64,000 nt of DNA, from the NCBI GenBank assembly GCA_963836185.1, contig CAWIIQ010000001.1:1952001-2016000 (forward strand), written 5' to 3'. The stretch's first letter is position 1. Every line of letters begins with the position of its first letter. Positions 42,536-52,162 of the stretch are shown here, piece by piece. Position numbers and translations under genes: made by a program. The notes below the pieces were generated by a model. It did no database searches, had not been told where the DNA came from, and was given only the letters and a program-made list of their open reading frames with translations. The DNA is from Candidatus Krumholzibacteriia bacterium. Lineage in GTDB: Bacteria > Krumholzibacteriota > Krumholzibacteriia > Krumholzibacteriales > Krumholzibacteriaceae.

Positions 42536-43726
42536 TTACGAATAGTCGCTTACGAAGCTCTCGAACCTGTCGAGAGCCGCCGTCAGCGTTTCCTCACTCG
42601 CAGCGAACGAGAAGCGGATCATATTATCGAGCCCGAACGGCCCGCCCGGGATCACGAGCAGACCCTTCTCCTTGAGGAGCTTCTCGCAGAACTCGGCACT
42701 GCCGCTCACCCCGCATGCAGGATAGAGCGACGAGACGTCGGTAAGGAAATAGAATGCGCCGCCCGGTTCGGGAAAGCTGATCCCGGGAATCGCGGCGAGG
42801 CGCTCTCCGAACATCTTCTTGCGCTTCTCGAATTCATCGCGCATGCGATCGCGGTCGGCAGCGCCTTTTTTAACCGCCTCGAGGGCCGCGATCTGGGAAA
42901 TCGCGTTGGGGCATCCCGTCGCGTGTGCCTGGTACGCTCCCATCCTGAAGGCGAGGTCTTCTTCTGCCAGAGCAAAACCTATCCTCCAGCCCGTCATCGC
43001 GTAACTTTTCGAGACCCCGGTGACTACGACCGCCTGATCCTTCAGGGCCGGCAGCAGCTTGACAGGGGAGTGATGCTCTACTCCATCGAATGTCAGGAAC
43101 TCGTATATCTCATCGCTTATCAGCGCGATCCCCTCTTCGAGCAGGACATTGCCGATAGCGGTAAGTTCTTCCTTAGTGTAAACGATCCCAGCCGGATTGT
43201 TAGGCGAGTTGAAAAGGAGCGCCTTCGGCTTTCCCTTCGCGATCTCTTCCTTCAGCATCTCTACTGTCATCTTGTAGCCGGTACCGGCGTCTGTCTCGAC
43301 GATCCTGGGCACTGCCCCGACGAGCTTTACCATCTCGGGATAGCTGACCCAGTATGGCGTGACGAACATCACCTCGTCGCCCGGATCCGTGAGGGCGTAA
43401 AGAGCGTTGAAGATAGAATGCTTCGCGCCGTGCGAGATGACTACGTTCTTCCACTGGTAATCGACGCCCAGGATCCCGGAATACTCGGCTGCTACAGCCT
43501 CGCGAAGCGGCTTTATCCCTGCCGCGGGTGTGTAGCGGGTCTTTCCTTCCCTGATAGCCCTGATACCGGCCTCTTTTATCACATCCGGCGTCTCGAAATC
43601 AGGTTCTCCGGCGGCCAGCCCTACGACGTCCTCGCCCGCTTCCTTCAGGGCGTTAGCCTTCGTATTGAGGCTCAGTGTGATCGAAGGTTCGATTCCGGCT
43701 GCTCTTTTACTGATAAATCCTGACAA
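42536..43726 (-). CDS. aspC: PLP-dependent aminotransferase class I (aspartate aminotransferase)
   Basis: AGEPDFETP, NSPNNPAG, ISDEIY and SKSYAMTGWRIG. Confidence 0.9.
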   Translation of the reverse strand: MSGFISKRAAGIEPSITLSLNTKANALKEAGEDVVGLAAGEPDFETPDVIKEAGIRAIREGKTRYTPAAGIKPLREAVAAEYSGILGVDYQWKNVVISHGAKHSIFNALYALTDPGDEVMFVTPYWVSYPEMVKLVGAVPRIVETDAGTGYKMTVEMLKEEIAKGKPKALLFNSPNNPAGIVYTKEELTAIGNVLLEEGIALISDEIYEFLTFDGVEHHSPVKLLPALKDQAVVVTGVSKSYAMTGWRIGFALAEEDLAFRMGAYQAHATGCPNAISQIAALEAVKKGAADRDRMRDEFEKRKKMFGERLAAIPGISFPEPGGAFYFLTDVSSLYPACGVSGSAEFCEKLLKEKGLLVIPGGPFGLDNMIRFSFAASEETLTAALDRFESFVSDYS

Positions 43727-43742
43727 GAGGTCCCTCCCGGTG

Positions 43743-44237
43743 TTACCCGCTCTGTAGCGGTTTCCACTCTTCCAGTCTCTTTACCATCGCTTCCGGAACG
43801 AGGCAGGTGATATCTCCGCCGAGCCTGTAGATCTCCTTTACAAGCGAACTGTGCAGGTAGATATACTTCTCGCTCGGCATGAGAAAAACGGTCTCGAATT
43901 CCGGCTGAAGCTTCCTGTTCATAAGAGCGATCATCAGCTCGTACTCGAAGTCCGAAACTGCCCGAAGGCCCCTGATGACCACGTCCACATCCCTTTTCCT
44001 GAATTCGTCGACGAGCAGCCCCTCGAATGTGATGACCTCGACCTTTTCGATCCCGGCGAGGCTTTCCCTTACCCCCGTCTCGCGCTGCTCGAGGGTAAGC
44101 AGCGGATCCTTGTGATAGCCTGCCGCCACAGCCACGATGACCTTGTCGAAGAGTCTCGACATCCTTTTAACGAGATCTACGTGGCCGTTCGTGATCGGAT
44201 CGAATGTACCCGGATAAAGGGCTGTCTTTCCTTTCAC
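43743..44237 (-). CDS. coaD: Phosphopantetheine adenylyltransferase
   Basis: YPGTFDPITNGH, IRGLRAVSDFEYE and SSLVKE. Confidence 0.97.
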   Translation of the reverse strand: MKGKTALYPGTFDPITNGHVDLVKRMSRLFDKVIVAVAAGYHKDPLLTLEQRETGVRESLAGIEKVEVITFEGLLVDEFRKRDVDVVIRGLRAVSDFEYELMIALMNRKLQPEFETVFLMPSEKYIYLHSSLVKEIYRLGGDITCLVPEAMVKRLEEWKPLQSG

Positions 44238-44794
44238 TACTTTCCCTCCGCTTTATATTCAAGATAAGTGACTATCGTCTGTCCGAATTTCCTCGTCCTT
44301 ACCTTTTCGAGGGAGCCTTCCGGCGGGATATCATATTCCTCGCCGCTCTCCGTTATAAGAAGATCGCAGACCTTCCTCTTAGCTGAGCTTATCGCGATGG
44401 CGATCTCGCGCGAGAGGCTTGAAGCGTAAGGCGGATCGGCGAAGATGATCTCGAATGTCTTTTTCGACCGGATAACGCGCTCGAGGTATTTCATCGCGTC
44501 GCCCCTGACCATCTCGGCCTGATCGGCGACCTTGCACCTGTCGAGGTTGGTCTTGAGCGCCCTGAGGATCTTCGGGTCCTGCTCTACGAAGACGGCGCTT
44601 GCCGCTCCCCTGCTGAGAGCCTCTATACCTATCGAGCCTGAACCGGCAAAAAGATCGAGGACGGCGGCATCCTGCACCCTGCCGTACAGGGTATCGAATA
44701 CCGAGCCCTTGACGACCTGCGCCGTCGGTCTGAACTGGGGTCCGTGACCGCCCCTCAGGGCGATGCCCCTGCATCTGCCGGCTATTACTCTCAT
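44237..44794 (-). CDS. rsmD: 16S rRNA m2G966 methyltransferase
   Basis: MRVIAG..RG, LDLFAGSGSIGIEALSRGA and FADPPY; conserved rsmD-coaD pair. Confidence 0.95.
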   Translation of the reverse strand: MRVIAGRCRGIALRGGHGPQFRPTAQVVKGSVFDTLYGRVQDAAVLDLFAGSGSIGIEALSRGAASAVFVEQDPKILRALKTNLDRCKVADQAEMVRGDAMKYLERVIRSKKTFEIIFADPPYASSLSREIAIAISSAKRKVCDLLITESGEEYDIPPEGSLEKVRTRKFGQTIVTYLEYKAEGK

Positions 44795-44862
44795 AAGGCA
44801 ATTCAGGATAAATAATCAGAGGGCGGGCGGCAAGGAAAAAGGGGTCTCAGGCTGGAATGGAC

Positions 44863-44900
44863 AAAAAAAGCCCCCGGGGGTCAGGGAAACACCCGGGGGC
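44863..44900 (-). terminator. Intrinsic terminator after pilQ
   Basis: GCCCCCGGG...CCCGGGGGC followed by T7 on the minus strand. Confidence 0.8.
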
Positions 44901-44925
44901 GCGACGTGCTAGTGGAGGGGCAAGA

Positions 44926-46821
44926 TTATTCCACTATCGTCGGGGTTACAAAGATCACGAGTTCCTGCTGCTTCGTCGTCTTCGATTTCGAAGAGAAGAA
45001 CCAGCCGATACCCGGAACATCCTTGAGAATGGGAACACCGCTGATGTACTCGCTCTCGATCTCCTTGATCAGTCCACCGATCACAGCCGTCTCTCCGTCA
45101 CCTACTATTACCCTGGTGTCGGCTTCGGATGTAGCGATGATCACTCCGCCCTGGGCCGTAGCCTCGGACTGGAGGTCGCTGACCTCGGGATGCATGTCGA
45201 GTGTGATTGTCCGGTCGGCGTTCACGTGAGGGATGACCCTGAGCATGATACCGATCTTGGTAAGCTCGGTGATCGGGTTACCAGCCTCATCCGCTACGAT
45301 AAGAGGGATCTCCTTACCGACCAGGATGCTCGCTTCGCGGTTATCCATCGTGGTTATCCGCGGGTTTGAGATAAGACTCGCCTTGTTGCTCTTCTCGAGA
45401 GCCTTGAAGATGGCGGAGAACTCACCCCAGGACTGGATCGTCCCGACTGACAGCTGGGTAGCCGACTGCGCAATATTCGATGTCACGGCGGCGTTTCCTA
45501 CCGCGTCCAGGGTGGACGAGGACAGGTTCATCAGTGCCCAGTCGATTCCGAGCTCTCTCGAGGCCTCGACATCGATCTCAACGAGCTTGGCGTTGATATC
45601 GACCTGGTAGGTCCTCTTGTCGAGCTCGCGCACCATTCCTTCTATCTTCTCTATGTTCTTTTCAATATCGTTGATGATAAGGGAGTTGCTTCCCTCGTCA
45701 ACGGCGATCATTCCGCGCTGGCTCACTATGTTCTCGAGCGCCATGCGCAGTTCCTCGGCATTGGAGTTGTTGACGAAGATGATCTTGGTCACGAGAGGCA
45801 GGAGATCGTCCTGCTTCCTCTCGGCCGTCTTCTGGTCCAGTTCCTCTTTCATCAGGGCCGTCATCTCGGCAACCCTGATCATGCCGAACTCCTCGCGATA
45901 GCCGTAGCCATACGCCTTGAGAAGGATATCAAGCGCCTCTTCCCACGGCGTGTCCTTGATATGGACGTAGACCTCGCCCTCGACATCCGCGCCGGAGACG
46001 ATATTCACACCTGAGAAATCCGAGATCGTACGAAGGACCGTCTTGATGTCCGCGCCCTGCGCGTCCAGTGTGATCTTCCGCTGGCCCATGGCAAGGCCGC
46101 CGCCCGCGGCAGGCGCGCCACGCACGTAGTTCTGGGTCCAGTCGGTCGTCGTTTTGGCCCTGGCCGCTCTCTCGGGAGCAGAGTTGATCTCGGGCTTGAC
46201 TTCTTCCGGCTCGACCTTGACCCACGGATCCTCTTCCTTGGGCTCTTCGTTCTTCTTCTCGGTCTGCTGCACGGTGACCGGCTTCTCTTCAGGAGTAGTC
46301 ATCGGCAGGACGGGACCCATCTCGGCCCCTGCGATCAGCATTTTCTTCGGCTCAGCGGGAGCCGGTTTCGCGACAGGCTTGACCTCGAGGGTCGGAGCGG
46401 CGTCGGCTGACGCTGTCTGGACCGTTCCCCGGGGCGTAAGCTCGACGATCTGGAAATCGCCGTCGTCATATATCTTCCAGTCGACCTTCGTCTTCAGGTC
46501 GACGACGACCCTGCTGATCAGCGTCGGATCGTTCTGATACTGGCTTGTTCTGACATTTCTGACTATTCCGTTTTCCGGATAATCCTCGACGTTTCTAACG
46601 TCATACATTGCGCCTAAGCAATCCACTACGAGCCTGTCAGGATCGCTCATAGTGAAGGCCTTGAACTGGATGTCCCCGACCTTGCTTATCTCGAGCCTGA
46701 CCTTTTCACCCTCTGGAACGACCTTAACGCCGTTGATCTCTGATACAGCGGCGAGACCGAGACCGGGCAGGACAAGACCCGCGATGATTACCAGGGCGAA
46801 TCTGCGGATACTCATCATCAT
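44926..46821 (-). CDS. pilQ: Type IV pilus secretin with AMIN domain
   Basis: AMIN (FTMSDPDRLVVD, VRTSQY..SRVVVDL), secretin N domains, C-terminal GVPILKDVPGIGWFF...ELVIFVTP. Confidence 0.95.
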   Translation of the reverse strand: MMMSIRRFALVIIAGLVLPGLGLAAVSEINGVKVVPEGEKVRLEISKVGDIQFKAFTMSDPDRLVVDCLGAMYDVRNVEDYPENGIVRNVRTSQYQNDPTLISRVVVDLKTKVDWKIYDDGDFQIVELTPRGTVQTASADAAPTLEVKPVAKPAPAEPKKMLIAGAEMGPVLPMTTPEEKPVTVQQTEKKNEEPKEEDPWVKVEPEEVKPEINSAPERAARAKTTTDWTQNYVRGAPAAGGGLAMGQRKITLDAQGADIKTVLRTISDFSGVNIVSGADVEGEVYVHIKDTPWEEALDILLKAYGYGYREEFGMIRVAEMTALMKEELDQKTAERKQDDLLPLVTKIIFVNNSNAEELRMALENIVSQRGMIAVDEGSNSLIINDIEKNIEKIEGMVRELDKRTYQVDINAKLVEIDVEASRELGIDWALMNLSSSTLDAVGNAAVTSNIAQSATQLSVGTIQSWGEFSAIFKALEKSNKASLISNPRITTMDNREASILVGKEIPLIVADEAGNPITELTKIGIMLRVIPHVNADRTITLDMHPEVSDLQSEATAQGGVIIATSEADTRVIVGDGETAVIGGLIKEIESEYISGVPILKDVPGIGWFFSSKSKTTKQQELVIFVTPTIVE

Positions 46822-47285
46822 GATTCTCCTTTGCTCTTACTACTGCCCTCTATATTGAGGGTTACACTGGTCGTCTGTCCGAACATCGAGATCCTCGCGA
46901 CTACCGACCGTTCACCGACGGAAACAACGCTTCCGTTGCGGACCGGGTCGCCGGCCTTGAGGATATAGGCAAATCCATTGCTGTCCTCGAGCATCGCGTA
47001 CTTATCCATGCCGCCGGAAAGGATTCCGACGAGTGACACGGCGTTGATATCGACGAGCTCGAACTCAGACTGCTCGTATTCTCCGACGATGAGGCTCTGG
47101 AAAGGGTCTCTCCGGTTGAACGCCTGGTAGTAATACCTCTTCTCGCGGATGATCTTGCCTTCCTCAGTCTTCCCATCCTGCGCGAGGACCATGGAGACCG
47201 GTAAGGCGGAAAGGAGAAGAGCGGCGCCCGTAAACATCCAGATCGCCTTCCAGGCTTTCTTATGAACTCTTCTTGACGCTCTCAT
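46818..47285 (-). CDS. pilP: PilP-like pilus assembly protein
   Basis: RRDPFQSL and LVGIL...AMLEDSNG motifs; lies between pilO and pilQ. No lipobox Cys. Confidence 0.7.
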   Translation of the reverse strand: MRASRRVHKKAWKAIWMFTGAALLLSALPVSMVLAQDGKTEEGKIIREKRYYYQAFNRRDPFQSLIVGEYEQSEFELVDINAVSLVGILSGGMDKYAMLEDSNGFAYILKAGDPVRNGSVVSVGERSVVARISMFGQTTSVTLNIEGSSKSKGES

Positions 47286-47865
47286 CTGTCACCTCCCCAC
47301 TTTTGTTCATCGTGAACGCGGTCATGGTCATCACGGCTTCAACGGTGAACCCGGCGCTGTCCTTTTCCTTGTAGGGCTGCACATTGAGGTCGGTCACATT
47401 TATGATCCTGTCGAGGTTTGCCACCTTCGAAAGGAATACTCCGACCTCGTGATATTCGCCCCGGACCTTCACCTTGACGGGATTCTCCGTTATGAATTCC
47501 TTGCTTACAGGAAGCTGCGGCTCGAAGAGCTCGAACTGGATGCCTGCCTGGCTTCCGGCCCGTGTCACCTTGCGAAGCAGCTGCGCCACTTCCTTGTCCA
47601 GAGGAAGAAGGCTCTGCGCGGCGACCCACTTCTCATGAAGCCGCTCGTACTCTTCCTCGAGTCTTGCAAGACTGTTCACTGTCTTCCTGGCTTTCTCCAG
47701 CTCCGCGCTTATCTTGTCGTACTCGGAATCGAGCACAGTGACACGCGCCTTCTGCGGCTGAAAGAAGAAAGGCATGAAAGACGTGAAGAAGTACACGTAC
47801 CCGACTATGACGAGGAGTATCGCCACAATCAGTGTCTTCTGTACCTTGGGATCCTTAAAATCCAT
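47260..47865 (-). CDS. pilO: Type IVa pilus biogenesis protein PilO
   Basis: TM plus coiled coil; LPLDKEVAQLL and GEYHEVGVFLSKVANLDRII. Confidence 0.92.
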   Translation of the reverse strand: MDFKDPKVQKTLIVAILLVIVGYVYFFTSFMPFFFQPQKARVTVLDSEYDKISAELEKARKTVNSLARLEEEYERLHEKWVAAQSLLPLDKEVAQLLRKVTRAGSQAGIQFELFEPQLPVSKEFITENPVKVKVRGEYHEVGVFLSKVANLDRIINVTDLNVQPYKEKDSAGFTVEAVMTMTAFTMNKSGEVTDESVKKSS

Positions 47866-47882
47866 TCCTCTACCTCTCTTCC

Positions 47883-48437
47883 CTACTGAGGCATCACATT
47901 GGCGCTCAGGCTGAATTTCATCACTTCACGCTTCTTGATCTGCCCCCGCTCCGCAACCTTCAGATCGACACTCGTCACGAGAGTCGAATTCTCCAGGTTG
48001 GACATCATGTCGGCGACTGTGAAGTTGGAAAACGTTATTCCATCTATTGAGAAATTATTCGGTGACTGCTCCTTGATCTCAGTCAGCCAGCAGTTGGCCG
48101 GCAGCTTGTAGCTGATATCGTTGAGCAGCTTCACACGGTAGTACCTGTGTCTGTCGAGCGAAGTGATGAGGCTGAGCCTTCTGTTGACTTCCTCGCGCTC
48201 TTTCGTGATCTGCTTGATCTTGGCCAGCTGGGGAGCGAGTTTCCTTGACTCCTCCTTGGCGACCTCGATCTTCTTCTCGAGGCTTCTGACCCTGTGCCGC
48301 TGGACCGTACTGGTCACTGCGATCGCGGCGACGAAGATAACGACCGCGGCTACAAGGTACACCGTCGACATCTCGGGAAGATGCAGTTCCTTTTTCTTGG
48401 CCCTGTCTTCCGCTGGAAGTAGATTGATCCGTATCAT
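47883..48437 (-). CDS. pilN: Type IVa pilus protein PilN
   Basis: MIRINLLP motif, TM and coiled coil. Confidence 0.92.
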   Translation of the reverse strand: MIRINLLPAEDRAKKKELHLPEMSTVYLVAAVVIFVAAIAVTSTVQRHRVRSLEKKIEVAKEESRKLAPQLAKIKQITKEREEVNRRLSLITSLDRHRYYRVKLLNDISYKLPANCWLTEIKEQSPNNFSIDGITFSNFTVADMMSNLENSTLVTSVDLKVAERGQIKKREVMKFSLSANVMPQ

Positions 48438-49561
48438 TACTTGCCCGCCTTTCTCAGAGCGAGACCGATGCCGACAGTCAGCAGCGGCGCCAGGCTGTCG
48501 AGGTCCTCTTCGAATTCGCCGAATATGCCTTCATCCCATTCGACAGCGTCGAGAGGATTGTGTATGGAGAATTCCATTCCGTGCTTCTCGGAGAGGATCT
48601 CCCTGAGGTAAGGAATGTGCGCTCCGCCACCGCTCAACGCGGCCTCATCGATCTTCTCGGTATCGCCGGCCGCCTTCAGGAATGAAAGGCTTCGTTCGAT
48701 CCCGAGCGATAGATCATCGGAACGCTTCTTTATGATTTCCCTTATCTTCGAACCGTCCAGTTCACCTATATCACCGTGGACGACCTTCTGGGCCTCTTCG
48801 TAGTCGAGTCCGAGCTCCTTCTGGAGTGACTCGACGAACTGATCGGTGCCGACGCTGATGTCCCTGGTAAACTGCGGGCTGTCTCCCTGTATGATATTGA
48901 TGTTGGTGACATCGCTTCCGATGTTGATCAGGCCTATCACCTGCCTGTGACCTCTACCCGCCGGCTCATCGAATTCTTCATCGTCCGACTCATCCATGGA
49001 GCTCACCATGCCGTTCCTGCTCGACTCGAAGCAGTTCTGAACGGCGAACGAATCGACATCGATGATCTCCGGGTTGAGACCGGCGTCTCTTATCAGGCTG
49101 GCGTGGACATTGACCATGTCCTTCTTGGCCGCGACCAGCAGGACTTCCATCTGATTCGCTCCGATGTCGTCATTGAGGATCTGGAAATCAAGGCAGACAT
49201 CATCGATATCGAACGGTACGTGCTGCTCCGCCTCCCAGAAGATAGCCTCCTGCGCATCCTCGGGAGTCATCTTGTCCATGATGACTTTCTTGACGATGAC
49301 AGCGCGTCCCGACACAGCAGAGACGACACTATCCGTATCTATCCCCGACTGTTCAACGCACTCCATGATTCCATCGATCACCAGCCCCCTGTCCATGATC
49401 TCGCCCTCGACGATGGCCTCGGGCAGGAGCCTCGTGCAGCCGAAATGAACGATCTTCGGCATACCGCCGGAGTGATCGATCTCGACGATCTTGATCAGGC
49501 TCGAACCGATGTCGAGTCCGACAGTCGAGGATTTCTTGCTGAGAAATGGTAATGAGATCAT
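48437..49561 (-). CDS. pilM: Type IV pilus assembly protein PilM
   Basis: VGLDIGSSLIK, EAEQHVPF, VLLVAAKK, LSGGGA and GIGLALR. Confidence 0.95.
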   Translation of the reverse strand: MISLPFLSKKSSTVGLDIGSSLIKIVEIDHSGGMPKIVHFGCTRLLPEAIVEGEIMDRGLVIDGIMECVEQSGIDTDSVVSAVSGRAVIVKKVIMDKMTPEDAQEAIFWEAEQHVPFDIDDVCLDFQILNDDIGANQMEVLLVAAKKDMVNVHASLIRDAGLNPEIIDVDSFAVQNCFESSRNGMVSSMDESDDEEFDEPAGRGHRQVIGLINIGSDVTNINIIQGDSPQFTRDISVGTDQFVESLQKELGLDYEEAQKVVHGDIGELDGSKIREIIKKRSDDLSLGIERSLSFLKAAGDTEKIDEAALSGGGAHIPYLREILSEKHGMEFSIHNPLDAVEWDEGIFGEFEEDLDSLAPLLTVGIGLALRKAGK

Positions 49562-49692
49562 TCTCGCACCAGCCTTTTAAAATTCCTCTCAACAGGGATG
49601 AACAGGACCGCGCCTGTCACCCCTTTCGGCGCATCTGTAGCGCCGGAACCAATTGAGATAAATCGATAGTTTCTTCCTCGAGTGCTCGATAA

Positions 49693-49709
49693 CGCAACAA
49701 ATGTGCCAA
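49693..49709 (-). promoter_or_regulatory. Sigma54 (-24/-12) promoter of pilMNOPQ
   Basis: Minus strand TTGGCACATTTGTTGCG matches TGGCAC-N5-TTGC. Confidence 0.8.
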
Positions 49710-49948
49710 CAGGACATTACCCCGGCACTGGTTAATTTACGTATTACCAGCATGTTACAAACACCTCTCCAGAACACTTATCTCGGCTCCCCCGGTAACT
49801 GCAATAAATCCATGCAATTCGCCTGAACCCCGCAATACCCGTGTAAACCACTATGGACGATTTTGAGGAAACAGCCGGATCATGGAGACAGGAGGTGTAA
49901 AACATTGTGTGGAGCCGGGATTTTCGATGAATAAAAACCCGGTCTGAC

Positions 49949-50713
49949 TCAAAAGCGGCCGAAATACCAGGCGAGCAGGGCCGGACCGAATACCATGCAA
50001 AATGCGGCTGCCGGGGCAAGAAACGACCCGAACGCAACCGCGGTCTGCCCGTCTCCTCCCCTGCGCATCAGCGAGATGCCGTATATCGAACCTAGCAGAG
50101 AGGCGATGACGATCACCGGCAGTATCAGCCCTATACCGAGAAAGGCACCTATCATCGCCATCAGTTTCACGTCGCCGCCACCCATGCCGTCCGCTTTCCT
50201 CACCTTCTTGTAGATAAATCCGACGAGCCAGAGGCTGCCGCCGCCGGCGAGAGCTCCCGCCGCGGAAGATATCAGGCTGAGATCCGGGTTGAAGAAGGAC
50301 CAGGCGAGCCCGGCTGCTATAAAGGAGAGGCTTATCTCGTCGGGTATGATGCGATGATCCCAGTCGATCATCGTTATCGCGAGCAACGCCATCAGGAACG
50401 CATACGCGAATCCGGCATTGACAAAGTCGCCGTATAGATGAACGGCCAGAACTGCGAGCATCCCGCCGAGCAGCTCGACCGCCGGGTAACGCGGGGATAT
50501 CGCCGCGCCGCAGCCGCGGCACTTTCCTCGAAGGATCAGCCAGCTCAGGACCGGGATGTTCTCGTACCAGGCGATCGTCTTCCCGCATCCCGGGCAGAAC
50601 GACCTCGGCTTGACCACCGACTTGCCGAGCGGCAGGCGATATATGACAACGTTTAGGAAACTGCCCACCATCAGGCCGAAGACGAAGGCCGGGATATCGA
50701 TAATCCAGTTCAT
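49949..50713 (-). CDS. pilD: Prepilin peptidase
   Basis: GSFLNVVIYRLP, SFCPGC, ENIPVLSW..LRGKCRGC and GMGGGDVKL. Confidence 0.96.
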   Translation of the reverse strand: MNWIIDIPAFVFGLMVGSFLNVVIYRLPLGKSVVKPRSFCPGCGKTIAWYENIPVLSWLILRGKCRGCGAAISPRYPAVELLGGMLAVLAVHLYGDFVNAGFAYAFLMALLAITMIDWDHRIIPDEISLSFIAAGLAWSFFNPDLSLISSAAGALAGGGSLWLVGFIYKKVRKADGMGGGDVKLMAMIGAFLGIGLILPVIVIASLLGSIYGISLMRRGGDGQTAVAFGSFLAPAAAFCMVFGPALLAWYFGRF

Positions 50714-51390
50714 ATCGCTCCTCTTTCCTGATGCTTACCCTGCGCTTCGAGTTTCTCGATATATCTCTCGGCCAGCTCACGGATGTGCTTGCTGTCCGAA
50801 TTTTCAGCCAATTCTCTCCATAGAGCTATGCTCGCTTCGACATTGCCACCCTTTGACGCCGCATCAGCGGCAAACCTGGCTGCCCTGCTGCCATCCGTGT
50901 TGGGGATGGTAGCCGCCACGCGGAAGTACTTCTCGGCTTCCCTGTAATCCCTGCCCGCGAAATAGTGGAGGAATCCCATCTCGAAGGTGAGCCAGTAATC
51001 GTCCGGGTTGTTTTTCAGGCCCTTTTCCATCAGGTTCTTCGCCGCTGCGAAATTACCCAGGTCCTCCGTTATCACGAGAGCGCTCAGCTTGTATGCGCCG
51101 AGAAAATTCGGGTCGAGGTCGGTTATCATCTCGGCGAGGTGATTGAAAAGGTGAATATCGTTCTGGCTGAGCCTGTACCCTCCGTAATACTGCACGGCCT
51201 TGAACCAGTAGAGGTCGGCGGCCAGTTCCCTGTACCCCAGGGACGCGAACTTCATGAAATCACTCGAAGGGAGATACGAGACCTCGTTGTTTGCCTTGCC
51301 CTCGAGGACAGGCTCGACCATATTCGCGAGGAACACGATAGCGGAGATAGCCGCGGCGAAGAAGAATATCCTGGCAAGTCTGCGTATCAT
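50710..51390 (-). CDS. TPR-containing pilus accessory protein (myxobacterial PilG-like)
   Basis: LGYRELAADLYWFKAVQYYG, ITDLDPNF and TPR-like helices; lies between the ABC permease and pilD. Confidence 0.7.
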   Translation of the reverse strand: MIRRLARIFFFAAAISAIVFLANMVEPVLEGKANNEVSYLPSSDFMKFASLGYRELAADLYWFKAVQYYGGYRLSQNDIHLFNHLAEMITDLDPNFLGAYKLSALVITEDLGNFAAAKNLMEKGLKNNPDDYWLTFEMGFLHYFAGRDYREAEKYFRVAATIPNTDGSRAARFAADAASKGGNVEASIALWRELAENSDSKHIRELAERYIEKLEAQGKHQERGAI

Positions 51391-51391
51391 C

Positions 51392-52162
51392 TCAGCTGAA
51401 CTCCCTGCGCCTGAATACGAGCCATGCGAAATAGAGCATTGCGGCCGTATATACTATCCCGTACGCGGCGGGCAGGAGGATCTCGACGGACGAGTACCTG
51501 AGCCCGTGAACCGCTTCGTGACGGAGATTAAAGACCTTAAGATTTGGAAGAGTGAAATAGATCGCGTCCATCACGTGATTCATCATCTTCCCGCCGAACT
51601 TCTGGGCGAAGAGTCTCAGGTCGCCGCTCAGGCTCCCCGCAACGAATATGCATATCGTAAAGAACGAAGTCAGAAGAGGCGTCGTGAATGTGCTGAAAAA
51701 TATCATCACTGCGATTATCAATCCTATCTCGATCAGGGACAGGCCGATCGCCATGAAGACCACAGGGGTAAGCGATGCCCCGCCTACGAGCATCATCACT
51801 ACGAGGACAGATGTCATGATCCCGATAAGGACCAGAAGGGACAGGGCGACCCCGCTGAATTTGCCGATAAGATACTCGGCCCGCGACACTGGCCTCGTGA
51901 GCACCATAAGGACGGCCTTCTTGTCCACTTCCTTGTGAACGAGGCTGCTGCCTACGATTATCGCCGTCAGAATCCCCAGGATCGAGATTCCAGCCAGCCC
52001 GACATCTGTCACGATCTTTCCCTTTGCCGCTCCGACAGAAAGAGGAGAGAGTATGAACACGCTGACGATGAGAGCCAGCGCGTATATGATCACAAGGTAC
52101 AGTAGCTTCTCCCTGACCGATTCCCTGAAGGTGTTCAGCGCGACGCTCATAATCTTCCTCAC
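51392..52162 (-). CDS. ABC transporter permease (myxobacterial PilI-like)
   Basis: ALNTFRESVREK, KEVDKK...LTRPVSRAEYLIGKF and a C-terminal FRRREF. Confidence 0.85.
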   Translation of the reverse strand: MRKIMSVALNTFRESVREKLLYLVIIYALALIVSVFILSPLSVGAAKGKIVTDVGLAGISILGILTAIIVGSSLVHKEVDKKAVLMVLTRPVSRAEYLIGKFSGVALSLLVLIGIMTSVLVVMMLVGGASLTPVVFMAIGLSLIEIGLIIAVMIFFSTFTTPLLTSFFTICIFVAGSLSGDLRLFAQKFGGKMMNHVMDAIYFTLPNLKVFNLRHEAVHGLRYSSVEILLPAAYGIVYTAAMLYFAWLVFRRREFS

